Of a DNA stretch of 64,000 bases, positions 44,057-55,278 are shown one piece after another (within the stretch, counting starts at the first letter, position 1; each line of letters opens with the position of its first letter). A model generated the notes under the pieces. The model worked only from the letters and a program-made list of their open reading frames with translations. It was not told where the DNA came from and searched no databases. The stretch is from the NCBI GenBank assembly GCA_007693945.1, contig RECP01000059.1, positions 4,965 through 68,964 of the forward strand, given 5' to 3'. Made by a program: the position numbers and the translations under genes. The stretch is from Spirochaetaceae bacterium. GTDB taxonomy: Bacteria > Spirochaetota > Spirochaetia > DSM-27196 > PWMO01.

Positions 44057-46117
44057 TCAGAATTCAAGCGGCCCGAAGTAGCCCGACTCACCGCGCCCGC
44101 TGCGCTGTACCAGATAAGCTTCAACGGTCAGCGGCAGATAGGCGCGGCCGAAATCGGTGTCGGCACCCGAAGTGTAGCGCAGGATATAGCGTCCGTTGGC
44201 GACGGTCCGCGCCCGCGCCACCACGCCGGCTACTCCCTCCGCCGCGTAGACGTAGCGCATTTCGCCGCCGGTCTCGGCTACCAGGAACTCGAGTTCGGGA
44301 TCAACCGCTCCCTGACGGACCGACACGACCGAGAACATGATGTGGTTGTTGCGCAGATAGGCCGCAAGCTCTCCCAGGCCGTACTCAGCAAAAGCCTCGA
44401 CGTCGAACCGTCCGTCCGTCACGAAAACCACCGCCCGACGGTCCTGGTGCGGAACCAGTTCGGCGGCGGCGAGGCGCAGCGCGCTGTCAAAACGGGGCAC
44501 CGGTGAGTACGGGCCGCGCCGCGCCGCCTGCACCGCAGTCAATCGGCCGCTACCGGTCGGCGCGACCACCGACGGATCAGCACCGGCCGACACCACCCGC
44601 AGTACTCCGTCGCCGGTCGTGGCATCAAAGATCTCCACGGTGGCGTCTTCGATTGCATCACGGTAGGCATCCATTTCCAGCGAGTGATCGATCAGCAACG
44701 ATAGCGTCACCCGGCGGCTGCGGTACCCGGCAAACGCCAGCGGCGGCAACTCCAGCCGACGGTTGCGTTCAGTCAACACGAAGTTGCCGGAGTCCAGCCC
44801 GACGATCGGCCGGCCGAGTCGATCGGAAACCGACACTTCGACCGCAATCTCGGGAAACTGCTCGGCGTATACCCGCTCGACATGAACGTGCAACCCGGCG
44901 TAAATGCTGCTGATATCGGCCAGGAAATAGACACGATTCCGGTCAAAGTCCGCCGCGATCAGGTTTCCGTTGGCGTCACGCGCAATTGAAGTGATACGGA
45001 CTCCGCTCAGTGCGCTCAAATCTGCCGGATGTGATACAACCTGGTTCTCGACCTCCAGCAGTGCGACCTGTGCGCTATCCGAAATCAGCAGATGATCGCG
45101 GTCGTACACCACGATCGACTCCGGGCCCGTCAAACCGAGATCCCGGATGGCCCCCAGGAAGTTGCCGTTCCTGTCAAAGCGGAAGATGGCGCGACGAGCC
45201 GCATCCGCCACGTAGACCTCGTCGCGCAGGACCGCAATCCCGGTGGGATTCTCGAGACCTTCGAAGGCTCCACGGCTGCCTCCGAACGAGAGCACGTAAC
45301 GGCCGTCCGGGTCGAACTTGACGACGCGCCGGTTGCCGTAGTCGGTGACGTAGATCGCCCCGTCACGGTCGGCTGCCAGATACTGCGGGCCGAGCAGCTG
45401 GCCCTCCGCGATTCCGGTAGTTCCAAAGCTGCCGATGATGTCACCGCGCTCGCTGACGCGCGCGATGCGGTCGGCGCCGAACTCGCTGACGTACAGCCCG
45501 CCGTCTACCTCGAGTATGTCGAACGGCTGATCAAAACCCGCCAGTCCGCCGCGCAGGCGACGCCGCAGCGCGCCGTTGGCGTCGAGGTGCAGAATCTCAC
45601 GCTCGGTGAACGCCGTCACGAAGAACGAGCCGTCGGGCCGCGGCCGCACCGAGGTCGGACGCCGAAACCTGACGTCGCCGTCGACCACCCCCGCGATCTC
45701 GGCCGTCACCACGTAACGCTCGGGACGAAACAGCTCCCGGGCAACCCCGCGGCGCACGTCGACTATTTCGATCAGCTTGTCGAGCGCTTGATTGCCGTGT
45801 CCGGCATCCACTACCGTCTGCCACTCGACCAGCGCTGCCTGCTCAAATCCGGAACGATAGAAAGCGTGACCAAGCCAGATTCGTGCGGTGGGATCGTGCG
45901 GCACAAACGACAGAGCGCGCGTGAACGAGAGGATGGCCTCGTTGAACCGTCCGTTGTGAAACGCCACCACCCCCCAGCGGAACTCCTCGGCAGCCTCGGC
46001 CGAATCCATGTCCAACGGATTGGCGCCTGCCGGCATCGGACCTGCCGGCAGCAGGCCCAGACCGAGCAGCGCGATCAGTGTCATTGCGCGTCCCAACCGC
46101 CGGCTGACTGTCTGCAT
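44057..46117 (-). CDS. secreted TPR / NHL-repeat beta-propeller / vWA-like multidomain protein
   Basis: After a signal peptide comes an N-terminal TPR-like region. NHL-type repeats follow (YVTDYGNRRVVKFDPDGRY, VYVADAARRAIFRFDRNGNFLG, LYVSEFGADRIARVSERGD). The C-terminal part carries a vWA-like AVVFVTDGRF. Confidence 0.65.
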   Translation of the reverse strand: MQTVSRRLGRAMTLIALLGLGLLPAGPMPAGANPLDMDSAEAAEEFRWGVVAFHNGRFNEAILSFTRALSFVPHDPTARIWLGHAFYRSGFEQAALVEWQTVVDAGHGNQALDKLIEIVDVRRGVARELFRPERYVVTAEIAGVVDGDVRFRRPTSVRPRPDGSFFVTAFTEREILHLDANGALRRRLRGGLAGFDQPFDILEVDGGLYVSEFGADRIARVSERGDIIGSFGTTGIAEGQLLGPQYLAADRDGAIYVTDYGNRRVVKFDPDGRYVLSFGGSRGAFEGLENPTGIAVLRDEVYVADAARRAIFRFDRNGNFLGAIRDLGLTGPESIVVYDRDHLLISDSAQVALLEVENQVVSHPADLSALSGVRITSIARDANGNLIAADFDRNRVYFLADISSIYAGLHVHVERVYAEQFPEIAVEVSVSDRLGRPIVGLDSGNFVLTERNRRLELPPLAFAGYRSRRVTLSLLIDHSLEMDAYRDAIEDATVEIFDATTGDGVLRVVSAGADPSVVAPTGSGRLTAVQAARRGPYSPVPRFDSALRLAAAELVPHQDRRAVVFVTDGRFDVEAFAEYGLGELAAYLRNNHIMFSVVSVRQGAVDPELEFLVAETGGEMRYVYAAEGVAGVVARARTVANGRYILRYTSGADTDFGRAYLPLTVEAYLVQRSGRGESGYFGPLEF

Positions 46118-46119
46118 CG

Positions 46120-46797
46120 CTACTTCCTCGCGCGGCGCGCCCGCGCTTGATTTACGCGCTTGAAATGGTCGCGGATTTCCTGATTCTCCGCTCCGTACTG
46201 CAACGCCTTGCCGATGCAGGCCAGAGCTTCGTCGAGTTTGCCCATACGGAAGTAGACCCAGCCCAGCGAATCGAGATAGGCGGGGTTATCCGGTTTCTGG
46301 GCCACGGCGCGTTTGCAGTACCCCAGTGCGGTATCGAGCTTGATATTGCCGTCGGCCAGAATAAACCCCAACGAGTTGAGTGCGGTTGCGTTATCCGGAT
46401 CGATGCGCAGTGCCTTCTCCAAATGGGCAATGCTCGACGCAGTCTTCTTCTGGTGGTGAGTTACGTACGCCAGGGCAGCATAGACCTTGGCCGACTCGTA
46501 ACCTTCATCGAGCAGCCGGCTGAACTCCAGCTCTGCCAGCCGGAAGCGATTGGTGACGGTGTAGATGTAACCCAGAATCATGCGACTCTGGTAGATGTGC
46601 GGAAAACTCATTACCGAGTTGAGCACTTGCTCCAGAAACAGCAGCGCCTCGTCGTACTTCTCGAGGTGCGTATAGCAGAGCCCGAGGTAGTACGAGAGTT
46701 CCGGATACTGGTTCTCGTCGACCTCGATTGCCAGGAACTCCTGGAGTGCCTCTTCGTAGCGACGCTGCTTCAGCAGGTGAACCGCCTTCTCCATCAC
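46120..46797 (-). CDS. TPR-repeat protein
   Basis: Six or so canonical TPR units are present (YYLGLCYTHLEKYDEALLFLEQVL, AKVYAALAYVTHHQKK..., LDSLGWVYFRMGKLDEALACIGKAL). Confidence 0.75.
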   Translation of the reverse strand: MMEKAVHLLKQRRYEEALQEFLAIEVDENQYPELSYYLGLCYTHLEKYDEALLFLEQVLNSVMSFPHIYQSRMILGYIYTVTNRFRLAELEFSRLLDEGYESAKVYAALAYVTHHQKKTASSIAHLEKALRIDPDNATALNSLGFILADGNIKLDTALGYCKRAVAQKPDNPAYLDSLGWVYFRMGKLDEALACIGKALQYGAENQEIRDHFKRVNQARARRARK

Positions 46798-47549
46798 ACT
46801 CCCGATTTGACGAACAGCGCGCGACGATACGCCTCGTCATCGTGATGATTGACCGGATCGATGCCGATCGGACTGATCGAAAGCGAACCGTGCGACAGTG
46901 CATGCCAGTCGGTACCCGGCATCAGTCCGTTCTCTACCGGGTAGCCTGCCATGAAGTAGTAGGTCTCACCGCGCGGTGCCCGGAACTCGTGCAGCCGGTC
47001 GTTGTAGATGCGGCGGCACGGATGGGTTATCTCGACCCGCTCGATCGGCCGAGGGCTGTTGGGTGCGTTGACGTTGATGAAGTGGTGCGGATTCCACAGA
47101 GCACACAGATCTTCAAGATGCTCCTCCACAAACTCGGCCAGCGGATCAAAGTAGAGCGGATCGCTAAAGCCGTCTACGGACAGCGCCACACCCGGAAACC
47201 CCATCAGGGCTGCCTGACGCGCCGCGGCTGCCGTACCTGAGTAGATGATGTCGGTACCGAGGTTAGGGCCAATGTTGATTCCCGACAGCACGATGTCAGG
47301 CGGTCCGGGATTGCCGGACAGCACGGCCACGATGACGCAGTCGGCCGGAGACCCGCTGCACGCCATCACGCGCTCTGATATCTCCTTGACCGCTACCGGG
47401 CCCTTGATCGTAATGTAGTGCGACATGCCGCTGCGTTCGCCGTCCGGAGCGCACACCCAGACCTCGTGATCGCGGCTCAGTACCGTTCGCAGCGCTTCCA
47501 GTCCAGGGCTGAACACACCGTCGTCATTTGTCAGCAGAATTCTCATCAA
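46794..47549 (-). CDS. surE: 5'/3'-nucleotidase SurE
   Basis: MRILLTNDDGVFSPGLEAL start and GINIGPNLGTDIIYSGTAAAA are present. 251 aa. Confidence 0.9.
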   Translation of the reverse strand: MMRILLTNDDGVFSPGLEALRTVLSRDHEVWVCAPDGERSGMSHYITIKGPVAVKEISERVMACSGSPADCVIVAVLSGNPGPPDIVLSGINIGPNLGTDIIYSGTAAAARQAALMGFPGVALSVDGFSDPLYFDPLAEFVEEHLEDLCALWNPHHFINVNAPNSPRPIERVEITHPCRRIYNDRLHEFRAPRGETYYFMAGYPVENGLMPGTDWHALSHGSLSISPIGIDPVNHHDDEAYRRALFVKSGV

Positions 47550-48694
47550 TTGTCCTCAATGCGTGCTCCCGCGCTCGCCCGGCACACAAACGCCTCGGGG
47601 CGAAACCCGAAGATCCGCTCATACTCATCCAATCGTGCGTAGTATGCATCGATGGCGCCGTCTTCAACAAGCGCTATCGCGCAGCCTCCGAATCCGTTAC
47701 CGGTGATCCTGATCCCGAGCACCCCACTGGTCTCCAGCGAACGCTTCACCAGCCAGTCGATTTCGGGGCACGAAACTTCGTAGAGATCCCGCAGACTGGC
47801 ATGCGAGCGCGACAGCAGCCGCCCGGCGGCGTGGAAGTCACGCCGCCTCAGCGCCTCAACCATGTTCTTCACGCGCTGATTCTCGTGAACCACGTGCAGA
47901 CAACGACGCCTGGCGGTCTCCGGTACGCGTCCCAGGACGCTCTGCAGGTCATCAAGCGTGAAGTCCCGCAGAGCACGGCCGGGTCTGCGCTCCTGCAGCA
48001 CATCAACACAGGTCCGGCAGTCAGCAAGACGCTCCTCGTACTCGGCTCGCGCGGGCGAGATCGGCACTTTGGAATCAGTGACCAGCAGCTTGATCCCGGA
48101 GAGTTCGAGCCCCACCGGAGCGTAGCGCGCAGCGCGTGTATCGATAGCAAGGGCGGCGTCCTGCACGGCATACAGTGCCGTAATGCACTCGCTTTGCCCG
48201 ACGGTGCGACCCATGAAGTCACGCTCGGCGCCTACGGCAATCGCGGTCCTGTCACGGGCACTCAGGCCCAGCTCCAGACAGGTGTCCAGCGCGCTGACCG
48301 TGGCGGAAGTGATAGCCGCCGAGGACGCCAGTCCGATACCGCTGGGAACGTCACCGCGGATCGTTACGTTGAGCCCGGGCACCCTGACATTACGTTCCAG
48401 CAGCCCGGCTATGACGCCTTTGACCAGGTTCGCCCAGCGATCCTCACGCTTGTAGCGTAGTCCACTGATGGTGGTTCGCTTGCGCTCACCCGGATCCGCG
48501 GCAAAGAACCGCAGCGATTGGTCCTTTCTGCACGAAACCGCAACAAACATGCGCCGGTTGAGACCGACCTGCAGCACCATGCCTTCAGATTCCTCGGTAT
48601 GAGCGCCCATGAGGTTGACCGTGCCGGGTGCCGACACGACTATATCCGGGACAGAATCGAACTCTGCCCTGTGATGAGTGCTCACGTCTGACAT
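47546..48694 (-). CDS. GHMP-family kinase, galactokinase-like with a divergent sugar-binding signature
   Basis: The GHMP motif PSGIGLASSAA and C-terminal GNGFGGCAIALV are present. The galactokinase signature reads APGTVNLMGAHTEESEG instead of GRVNLIGEHTDYNGG. Confidence 0.7.
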   Translation of the reverse strand: MSDVSTHHRAEFDSVPDIVVSAPGTVNLMGAHTEESEGMVLQVGLNRRMFVAVSCRKDQSLRFFAADPGERKRTTISGLRYKREDRWANLVKGVIAGLLERNVRVPGLNVTIRGDVPSGIGLASSAAITSATVSALDTCLELGLSARDRTAIAVGAERDFMGRTVGQSECITALYAVQDAALAIDTRAARYAPVGLELSGIKLLVTDSKVPISPARAEYEERLADCRTCVDVLQERRPGRALRDFTLDDLQSVLGRVPETARRRCLHVVHENQRVKNMVEALRRRDFHAAGRLLSRSHASLRDLYEVSCPEIDWLVKRSLETSGVLGIRITGNGFGGCAIALVEDGAIDAYYARLDEYERIFGFRPEAFVCRASAGARIEDN

Positions 48695-48791
48695 CGTGCG
48701 GGGCCCCCTGCGGTTTTAACCTACCGCCGTCATTCTATCCGATTCGATCCAACTATTCAATAAACGTGGGAATTCCGTTACCCTCGCAAGC

Positions 48792-50462
48792 GTGAAACGA
48801 CGCAGAATGGCCGTGGCCGCGGCCTCAGCCCTGGTTTACACCCTGGCCGTGCCCAATGAACTGCTCGCAGAAGGCAGCTTGGTGCTGGCCGCCGTGGCAC
48901 TGGCGGGCTACTTTGCCGCGCTGGCAGCCGCCGAAAGCTGCCGTGAGGCGCGCCGCATCGGCATGCTGTTCGGCGGCCTGTCCACCCTGCTGTCAAATTA
49001 CTGGCTGATGTTCTTCGGCGATTTCTCCGTCTGGACCATCGGCGGGGTAACCCTCGGCTACACGATTTATCACGCCCTGCTCGGCCCGATCCTGAGGCGG
49101 GTATGGCAGAATCCGCCGGCGTGGCGCGCACTGGCGCTCGGGGCGGTCTGGGCGGCCTACGAATACCTCAAATCAATAGGGTTCCTGGCCTATCCGTGGG
49201 GGCTCATCTCCTACCCCGCGGCCCGCAGCCTGATACTGATCCAGCACGTCGACATTACCGGGGTGTGGGCCTTGTCGTTTGTGCTGGCCGCGATCAACGC
49301 ACTGATCGCCGAGTTCATGCTACCCGCACTGCGTGCCGCGCCCGAGAGCTCTCCGGGGGCGGCGTACGCTTGCGCCATGCGCCAGCTGCTGTGGCTGGGG
49401 CTGATCGTGACGCTGATGGCCGGTTACGGCGCGGTTCGTCTGCGTACCCCGATCGAAGCCGTTGACAGCGTGCGCATGATACTGGTGCAGCAGAACGTCA
49501 ACGCCTGGCAACGCGGCCGCGAGGAGGACGCGCTTCGCACCGCGCAATCACTGACCCGCCGGGCACTGGCTGAGGCTGAAGAGTCATCGGTCGATCTGGT
49601 GGTCTGGAGTGAAACATCACTCCGGCGCCCCTATCCGGAAAACCGCGCGTTCTTTCGCGCCACACCGCACGACGACCCGTTCGAACGCTTCATGGCTGAC
49701 CTCGATGTACCGCTACTGACCGGGGCGCCGTTTATCGCTGACTACGATCAATGGGAAGTCTATAACGCTGCGATCATGATCGACCCGCACGGCGAGCTGG
49801 TTGAGTTCTACGGCAAGCAGCACCTCGTCCCGTTTGCCGAGAGCATTCCCTTCTGGCACATCACGGCTGTACGCCGCTTCTTTCAGGACGCCGTGGGGCT
49901 CTACGGCGTCTGGAGCGTCGCGCCCGACTATCGCATATTCTCGCTGCCGCGGTCCGCGCAGCGCAATGGAATGCCGAGGCCGCTTACCTTCGGCGCGCCG
50001 ATCTGCTTTGAGGACGCATTTGCCTATTTGGCGCGCGGATTCGTCCTCTCGGGCGCCGATCTGTTGATAAACCTGACCGACAACTCCTGGTCGGCAACCA
50101 ATTCCGCCCAGTACCAGCATTTCGTAGCCGCCCGCTTCCGGCCCGTGGAGACACGCCGCACTCTGGTACGCTCGACCAACTCGGGCCTTACCGGCGTACT
50201 CGATGCCCACGGCCGCGTTATTGCCCGATTGCCGATGTTCGAGCAGGCAACCCTGACCGTTGACGTTCCGGTATACCGCCAATCCGCATTGACCGTCTAC
50301 ACCGTGTGGGGCGACTATCTGCCGCAACTCTTTCTGGTTTTCTGGATTGTGCTGGTCTTCGCACAGGCGGCGCGCGACGGCTTCCTGCAGCCGGCCCGGC
50401 ACATCCGGGGATCGGCCAACCAGACTTCCGGCAGCATCGAGCGCGGGCGCACCATCGAGTAG
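48792..50462 (+). CDS. lnt: apolipoprotein N-acyltransferase (paralog 1)
   Basis: A polytopic N-terminal half is followed by a nitrilase-fold domain with the E/K/C triad contexts VVWSETS, YGKQHLVPFAE and GAPICFEDAF. The track uses a GTG start at 48792; an ATG at 48807 is an alternative. Confidence 0.85.
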   Translation: MKRRRMAVAAASALVYTLAVPNELLAEGSLVLAAVALAGYFAALAAAESCREARRIGMLFGGLSTLLSNYWLMFFGDFSVWTIGGVTLGYTIYHALLGPILRRVWQNPPAWRALALGAVWAAYEYLKSIGFLAYPWGLISYPAARSLILIQHVDITGVWALSFVLAAINALIAEFMLPALRAAPESSPGAAYACAMRQLLWLGLIVTLMAGYGAVRLRTPIEAVDSVRMILVQQNVNAWQRGREEDALRTAQSLTRRALAEAEESSVDLVVWSETSLRRPYPENRAFFRATPHDDPFERFMADLDVPLLTGAPFIADYDQWEVYNAAIMIDPHGELVEFYGKQHLVPFAESIPFWHITAVRRFFQDAVGLYGVWSVAPDYRIFSLPRSAQRNGMPRPLTFGAPICFEDAFAYLARGFVLSGADLLINLTDNSWSATNSAQYQHFVAARFRPVETRRTLVRSTNSGLTGVLDAHGRVIARLPMFEQATLTVDVPVYRQSALTVYTVWGDYLPQLFLVFWIVLVFAQAARDGFLQPARHIRGSANQTSGSIERGRTIE

Positions 50463-50497
50463 GAAGCGGGGTTACCCGTTCAAGCCGTCACCCGGCT

Positions 50498-50746
50498 TCA
50501 ACTCTTGATGTTGTACTTGCGTTTGAAGCGTTCGACACGCCCGGCGGTATCCACCAGCTGTTGCTTACCGGTGAAAAACGGATGTGAAGCGCTCGAGATC
50601 TCAACGTCCACAACCGGGTACTCGTTTCCGTCGTCATACTTGACGGTCTGCTTGCTGGAAGTGGTCGATCGACTCAAAAAGAGTTTTCCGGACGCAGTGT
50701 CACGAAATACAACAGACTGGTACGCAGGATGAATATCCTTTTTCAC
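50498..50746 (-). CDS. rpmE2: 50S ribosomal protein L31, type B (no CxxC zinc motif)
   Basis: [20 protein letters not shown] ... HPFFTGKQ ... [10 protein letters not shown]. No Cys residues are present. It starts 20 nt downstream of rho. Confidence 0.9.
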   Translation of the reverse strand: MKKDIHPAYQSVVFRDTASGKLFLSRSTTSSKQTVKYDDGNEYPVVDVEISSASHPFFTGKQQLVDTAGRVERFKRKYNIKS

Positions 50747-50766
50747 TGCAAAAACCTCCGCGATCG

Positions 50767-52458
<1,692 letters not shown>

Positions 52459-52623
52459 GATACTCCAAGGTCGTTTGTTGTGGTTTCGGCATAGATTTAC
52501 GACTGCAATCTCACGCGATCACATGAAGCCGCAACTGTATCTATTCTTCTGATATGCATTGTATCGAAGCTCTGTTCCGGGACACGACGGAAAACCCGTG
52601 TGGGCCTTTTAACTATAGTCCCG

Positions 52624-53850
52624 TTACAGCGCTTGTGTCAAGTAATCCTCAATCATCAGCAGCGCGGCAACCGCGCTCCTGCGCCGTACCAGGTCACGCG
52701 ACCCGAAGAAATGCATCCGCCGGGAAACCAAAGCTCCGCTCCTGCCGTACACCGCTATCCACACCGTTCCAACCGGTTTTTCGTCGCTGCCGCCACCGGG
52801 GCCCGCAACCCCGGACACCGCAACCGCAACACCGGCCCCGCCGTTGCCGGCGGCAAGCGCTCCGCGCGCCATAGCCTCCGCCACCTGCTGCGAAACCGCA
52901 CCGTGCGCCGCGAGCGTGTCACGCGGCACCCGCAGCAGCGAGGTCTTGGCTGCATCGTCGTAGACCACAATACCGCCCCACAGAACATCGGAACTGCCCG
53001 GCAGATCGGTGACCAGCTTGGCCACCATACCGCCGGTACACGACTCGGCGGTGACCAGCCTGGTGCCGCTGTCGCGCAGGCGCTGTGACACCAATACCAC
53101 CGGGTCAACCTCGTCGCGCCGGATGCGGAAGTGGTCGAAGTGTTCCGCCAGGCGATCGACCATGGCGTCACGCTCCCGGTCACTGCCGCCTCGCAGCGCA
53201 AACGCGATACGGTACTCTTCTACCCGCGTGCCCCACTGCACGCCTTCGAACGCGGCGGCCGCAAGTGCCTCTTCCAGCTCGGACTCCGGTATCAGGAACG
53301 CGGTAGCACGGGTGACGGCAGGGGTGCGGATCCCCAGCCGCCGCTGCAACAGCGGCAGTAGCGCCTGCTCGACCATTGCGCTCAACTCGCGCGGCGGTCC
53401 CGGCAGTGCAACCACAAGACCTCCGGCGTGGTCAATCACAAATCCAGGCGCGGTGCCCACGATATTCTGCAACACGGTGCTGCCGGCCGGAATGTAGGCC
53501 TGCCGCCGGTTCACCGCGGCGATTGCGCGGCCCCCGAAGCGCGCCTGCAACTCACGCCACAGTTCATCGTGGTACTCAAGCGCGACCTCTGCGGCCTCGG
53601 CAACCACTTCTCGCGTCAGGTCGTCGGACGTTGGTCCCAGACCGCCGGTCACGATCACCAACGGAGTCTGCCCCATAAGCCGCCGCAACTCACTGAGAAA
53701 CAGATCACGCTGATCGGGAATCAGTGCGATCCTGCACACCGGGATACCCAGCTCAACGAACATGCGCGCAAGGTACCGCCCGTGGCGGTCGAGGGTCTTG
53801 CCCTCGGTCAATTCATTGCCGACGCACAGAATCGAGGCCGATTCAGACAC
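52624..53850 (-). CDS. cinA: CinA-family protein (MoCF-type N-domain plus nicotinamide-nucleotide amidase PncC-like C-domain)
   Basis: SILCVGNELTEGKTLDRHG and VIVTGGLGPTSDDLT mark the N-domain. ESCTGGMVAKLVTDLPGSS marks the C-domain. A GTG at 53850 overlaps the bactofilin stop by 8 nt. Confidence 0.85.
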   Translation of the reverse strand: MSESASILCVGNELTEGKTLDRHGRYLARMFVELGIPVCRIALIPDQRDLFLSELRRLMGQTPLVIVTGGLGPTSDDLTREVVAEAAEVALEYHDELWRELQARFGGRAIAAVNRRQAYIPAGSTVLQNIVGTAPGFVIDHAGGLVVALPGPPRELSAMVEQALLPLLQRRLGIRTPAVTRATAFLIPESELEEALAAAAFEGVQWGTRVEEYRIAFALRGGSDRERDAMVDRLAEHFDHFRIRRDEVDPVVLVSQRLRDSGTRLVTAESCTGGMVAKLVTDLPGSSDVLWGGIVVYDDAAKTSLLRVPRDTLAAHGAVSQQVAEAMARGALAAGNGGAGVAVAVSGVAGPGGGSDEKPVGTVWIAVYGRSGALVSRRMHFFGSRDLVRRRSAVAALLMIEDYLTQAL

Positions 53851-54265
53851 GCTGCACCGAAGACTTGAGCTGGTCCACCGGAGCGGAAAAGATATCAACC
53901 GAGTTGGCGTTCTTTATCATCTCGCACTTGCCCTCGAAAACCACGCCGTCGGCTACGCGCAGTTTGGCGGCTTTGACGTTACCGTAGATCTTGCCGGTTG
54001 GCAGCATTTCGAGCGAGTCAGTGGCGTGAATATTGCCGCGCACCAGGCCGGCAACAACCGTTGAGCCGACCTGGATATCGGCGTGCACCTCGGCACCGTC
54101 CTCGATGTAGAGAAACCCGTCGGAGATGATCTGGCCTTCAATCCGACCGCTGACCCGAACGGATTCGCGAAAACGCAGCGTACCTTTCAGCACGGCGTTT
54201 CTGCCGAGCCGGGTCGCCGTTCGCGGTACCGCAGGTGCGGTTTCTTCGTTTCTGTTTCTGGCCAT
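53843..54265 (-). CDS. bactofilin-family cytoskeletal protein
   Basis: A beta-helical repeat pattern is present (LKGTLRFRESVRVSGRIEGQIISDGFLYIEDGAEVHADIQVGSTVVAGLVRGNIHATDSLEMLPTGKIYGNVKAAKLRVADGVVFEGKC), with disordered termini. Confidence 0.85.
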   Translation of the reverse strand: MARNRNEETAPAVPRTATRLGRNAVLKGTLRFRESVRVSGRIEGQIISDGFLYIEDGAEVHADIQVGSTVVAGLVRGNIHATDSLEMLPTGKIYGNVKAAKLRVADGVVFEGKCEMIKNANSVDIFSAPVDQLKSSVQRV

Positions 54266-54269
54266 ACGC

Positions 54270-54491
54270 TTACTTCGTAGTCATCACGAACACCCCGTCC
54301 CAGTCCTCGGGAGGCGGATTCTCAATGTAGTGGCGACAGCGCTGCGCGTACACCCTGGCAGGGCCGTCTGCCGGGTCGAGCTCCAGCGCAGACTCAAAGT
54401 GCTTCAGCGCGGCGTCAAACTCCATCAATTTGTATCGTTTGCGTCCTGCCGTAAACGACTCGAGCACTCGGCGTTTCTGCTCGCTGATCAA
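54270..54491 (-). CDS. 73-aa TPR-like protein ending in a ...PPPEDWDGVFVMTTK motif
   Basis: There is an ATGA overlap with the response-regulator stop, and it ends 4 nt before bactofilin. One TPR-like helix pair (FDAALKHFESALELDPADGPARVYAQRCRHYI) is present. The family is unknown. Confidence 0.5.
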   Translation of the reverse strand: MISEQKRRVLESFTAGRKRYKLMEFDAALKHFESALELDPADGPARVYAQRCRHYIENPPPEDWDGVFVMTTK

Positions 54492-55231
54492 TGCGACACC
54501 CCGTCACTCTGAAACTTCTTGTGGTACTGGTCGAAGTGCTTCTGGTACTTTTCTTCGAGCATGTCGAGCGTCACCTCGCGTGACTTTATGGCGTCCCCTT
54601 TGGTCTGCAGATCGCGAATCTCTTCTTCCAGGCCGTCCAGTGAAGCCAGGGTGGCCTCGATCTCGCTGCGTACAAGCTCCACAAAGCGTCCGATATCTTC
54701 CTGATTGCCGCGGTCGAGCTTCTGTGATGCGCGGATGATCTCCAGCACCGGTTCACGCAAGTGACGGGTGAAATAGACCAGTGACTTGTTCAGCGACTCG
54801 ATCAGCGCGATACGGCGTTCCCGTTCGAGCACCTGCCGCGTGAGTTCGCGACCGCGCAGCACCGCTTTTATGCGCGCGAGCACCTCGGAGAAGTTAAACG
54901 GCTTGGTGATATAGTCCTCAATACCGAGCTCAAAGCCCTCAATTTTGTCCTTGACGTCATCCATGGCCGAAAACATGATGATCGGAACGTCGCTGACCTC
55001 GGCGTAATCCGGTGACTGTTTTATGGTCCGCGTTACTTCCCAGCCGGAGAGCTTCGGCATGATATTGTCAAGAATCACGAGGTCCGGCTTTCCTTCCCTG
55101 ACTCGTTCAAGCGCCTGCTCTCCGTCCTCAGCACGCTCAACGACAAACCCGAGCTTTGACAGCATCACATCGAAGAAGTCGAGGTTAATCTGTTCATCGT
55201 CTACAATCAGGATCTTTCCCTTGTGCTCCAT
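54488..55231 (-). CDS. response regulator: receiver domain plus a coiled-coil C-terminal region with no recognisable output domain
   Basis: ILIVDDEQ, the acceptor context DLVILDNIMPKLSG, MFSAMDD and ITKPF indicate an intact receiver. The C-terminal 120 aa are helical and charged. Confidence 0.85.
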   Translation of the reverse strand: MEHKGKILIVDDEQINLDFFDVMLSKLGFVVERAEDGEQALERVREGKPDLVILDNIMPKLSGWEVTRTIKQSPDYAEVSDVPIIMFSAMDDVKDKIEGFELGIEDYITKPFNFSEVLARIKAVLRGRELTRQVLERERRIALIESLNKSLVYFTRHLREPVLEIIRASQKLDRGNQEDIGRFVELVRSEIEATLASLDGLEEEIRDLQTKGDAIKSREVTLDMLEEKYQKHFDQYHKKFQSDGVSH

Positions 55232-55278
55232 GTCGGTCCCTGAGCTGCCATTCTTGCAGAACGGCGTCTGCTTGTCAA

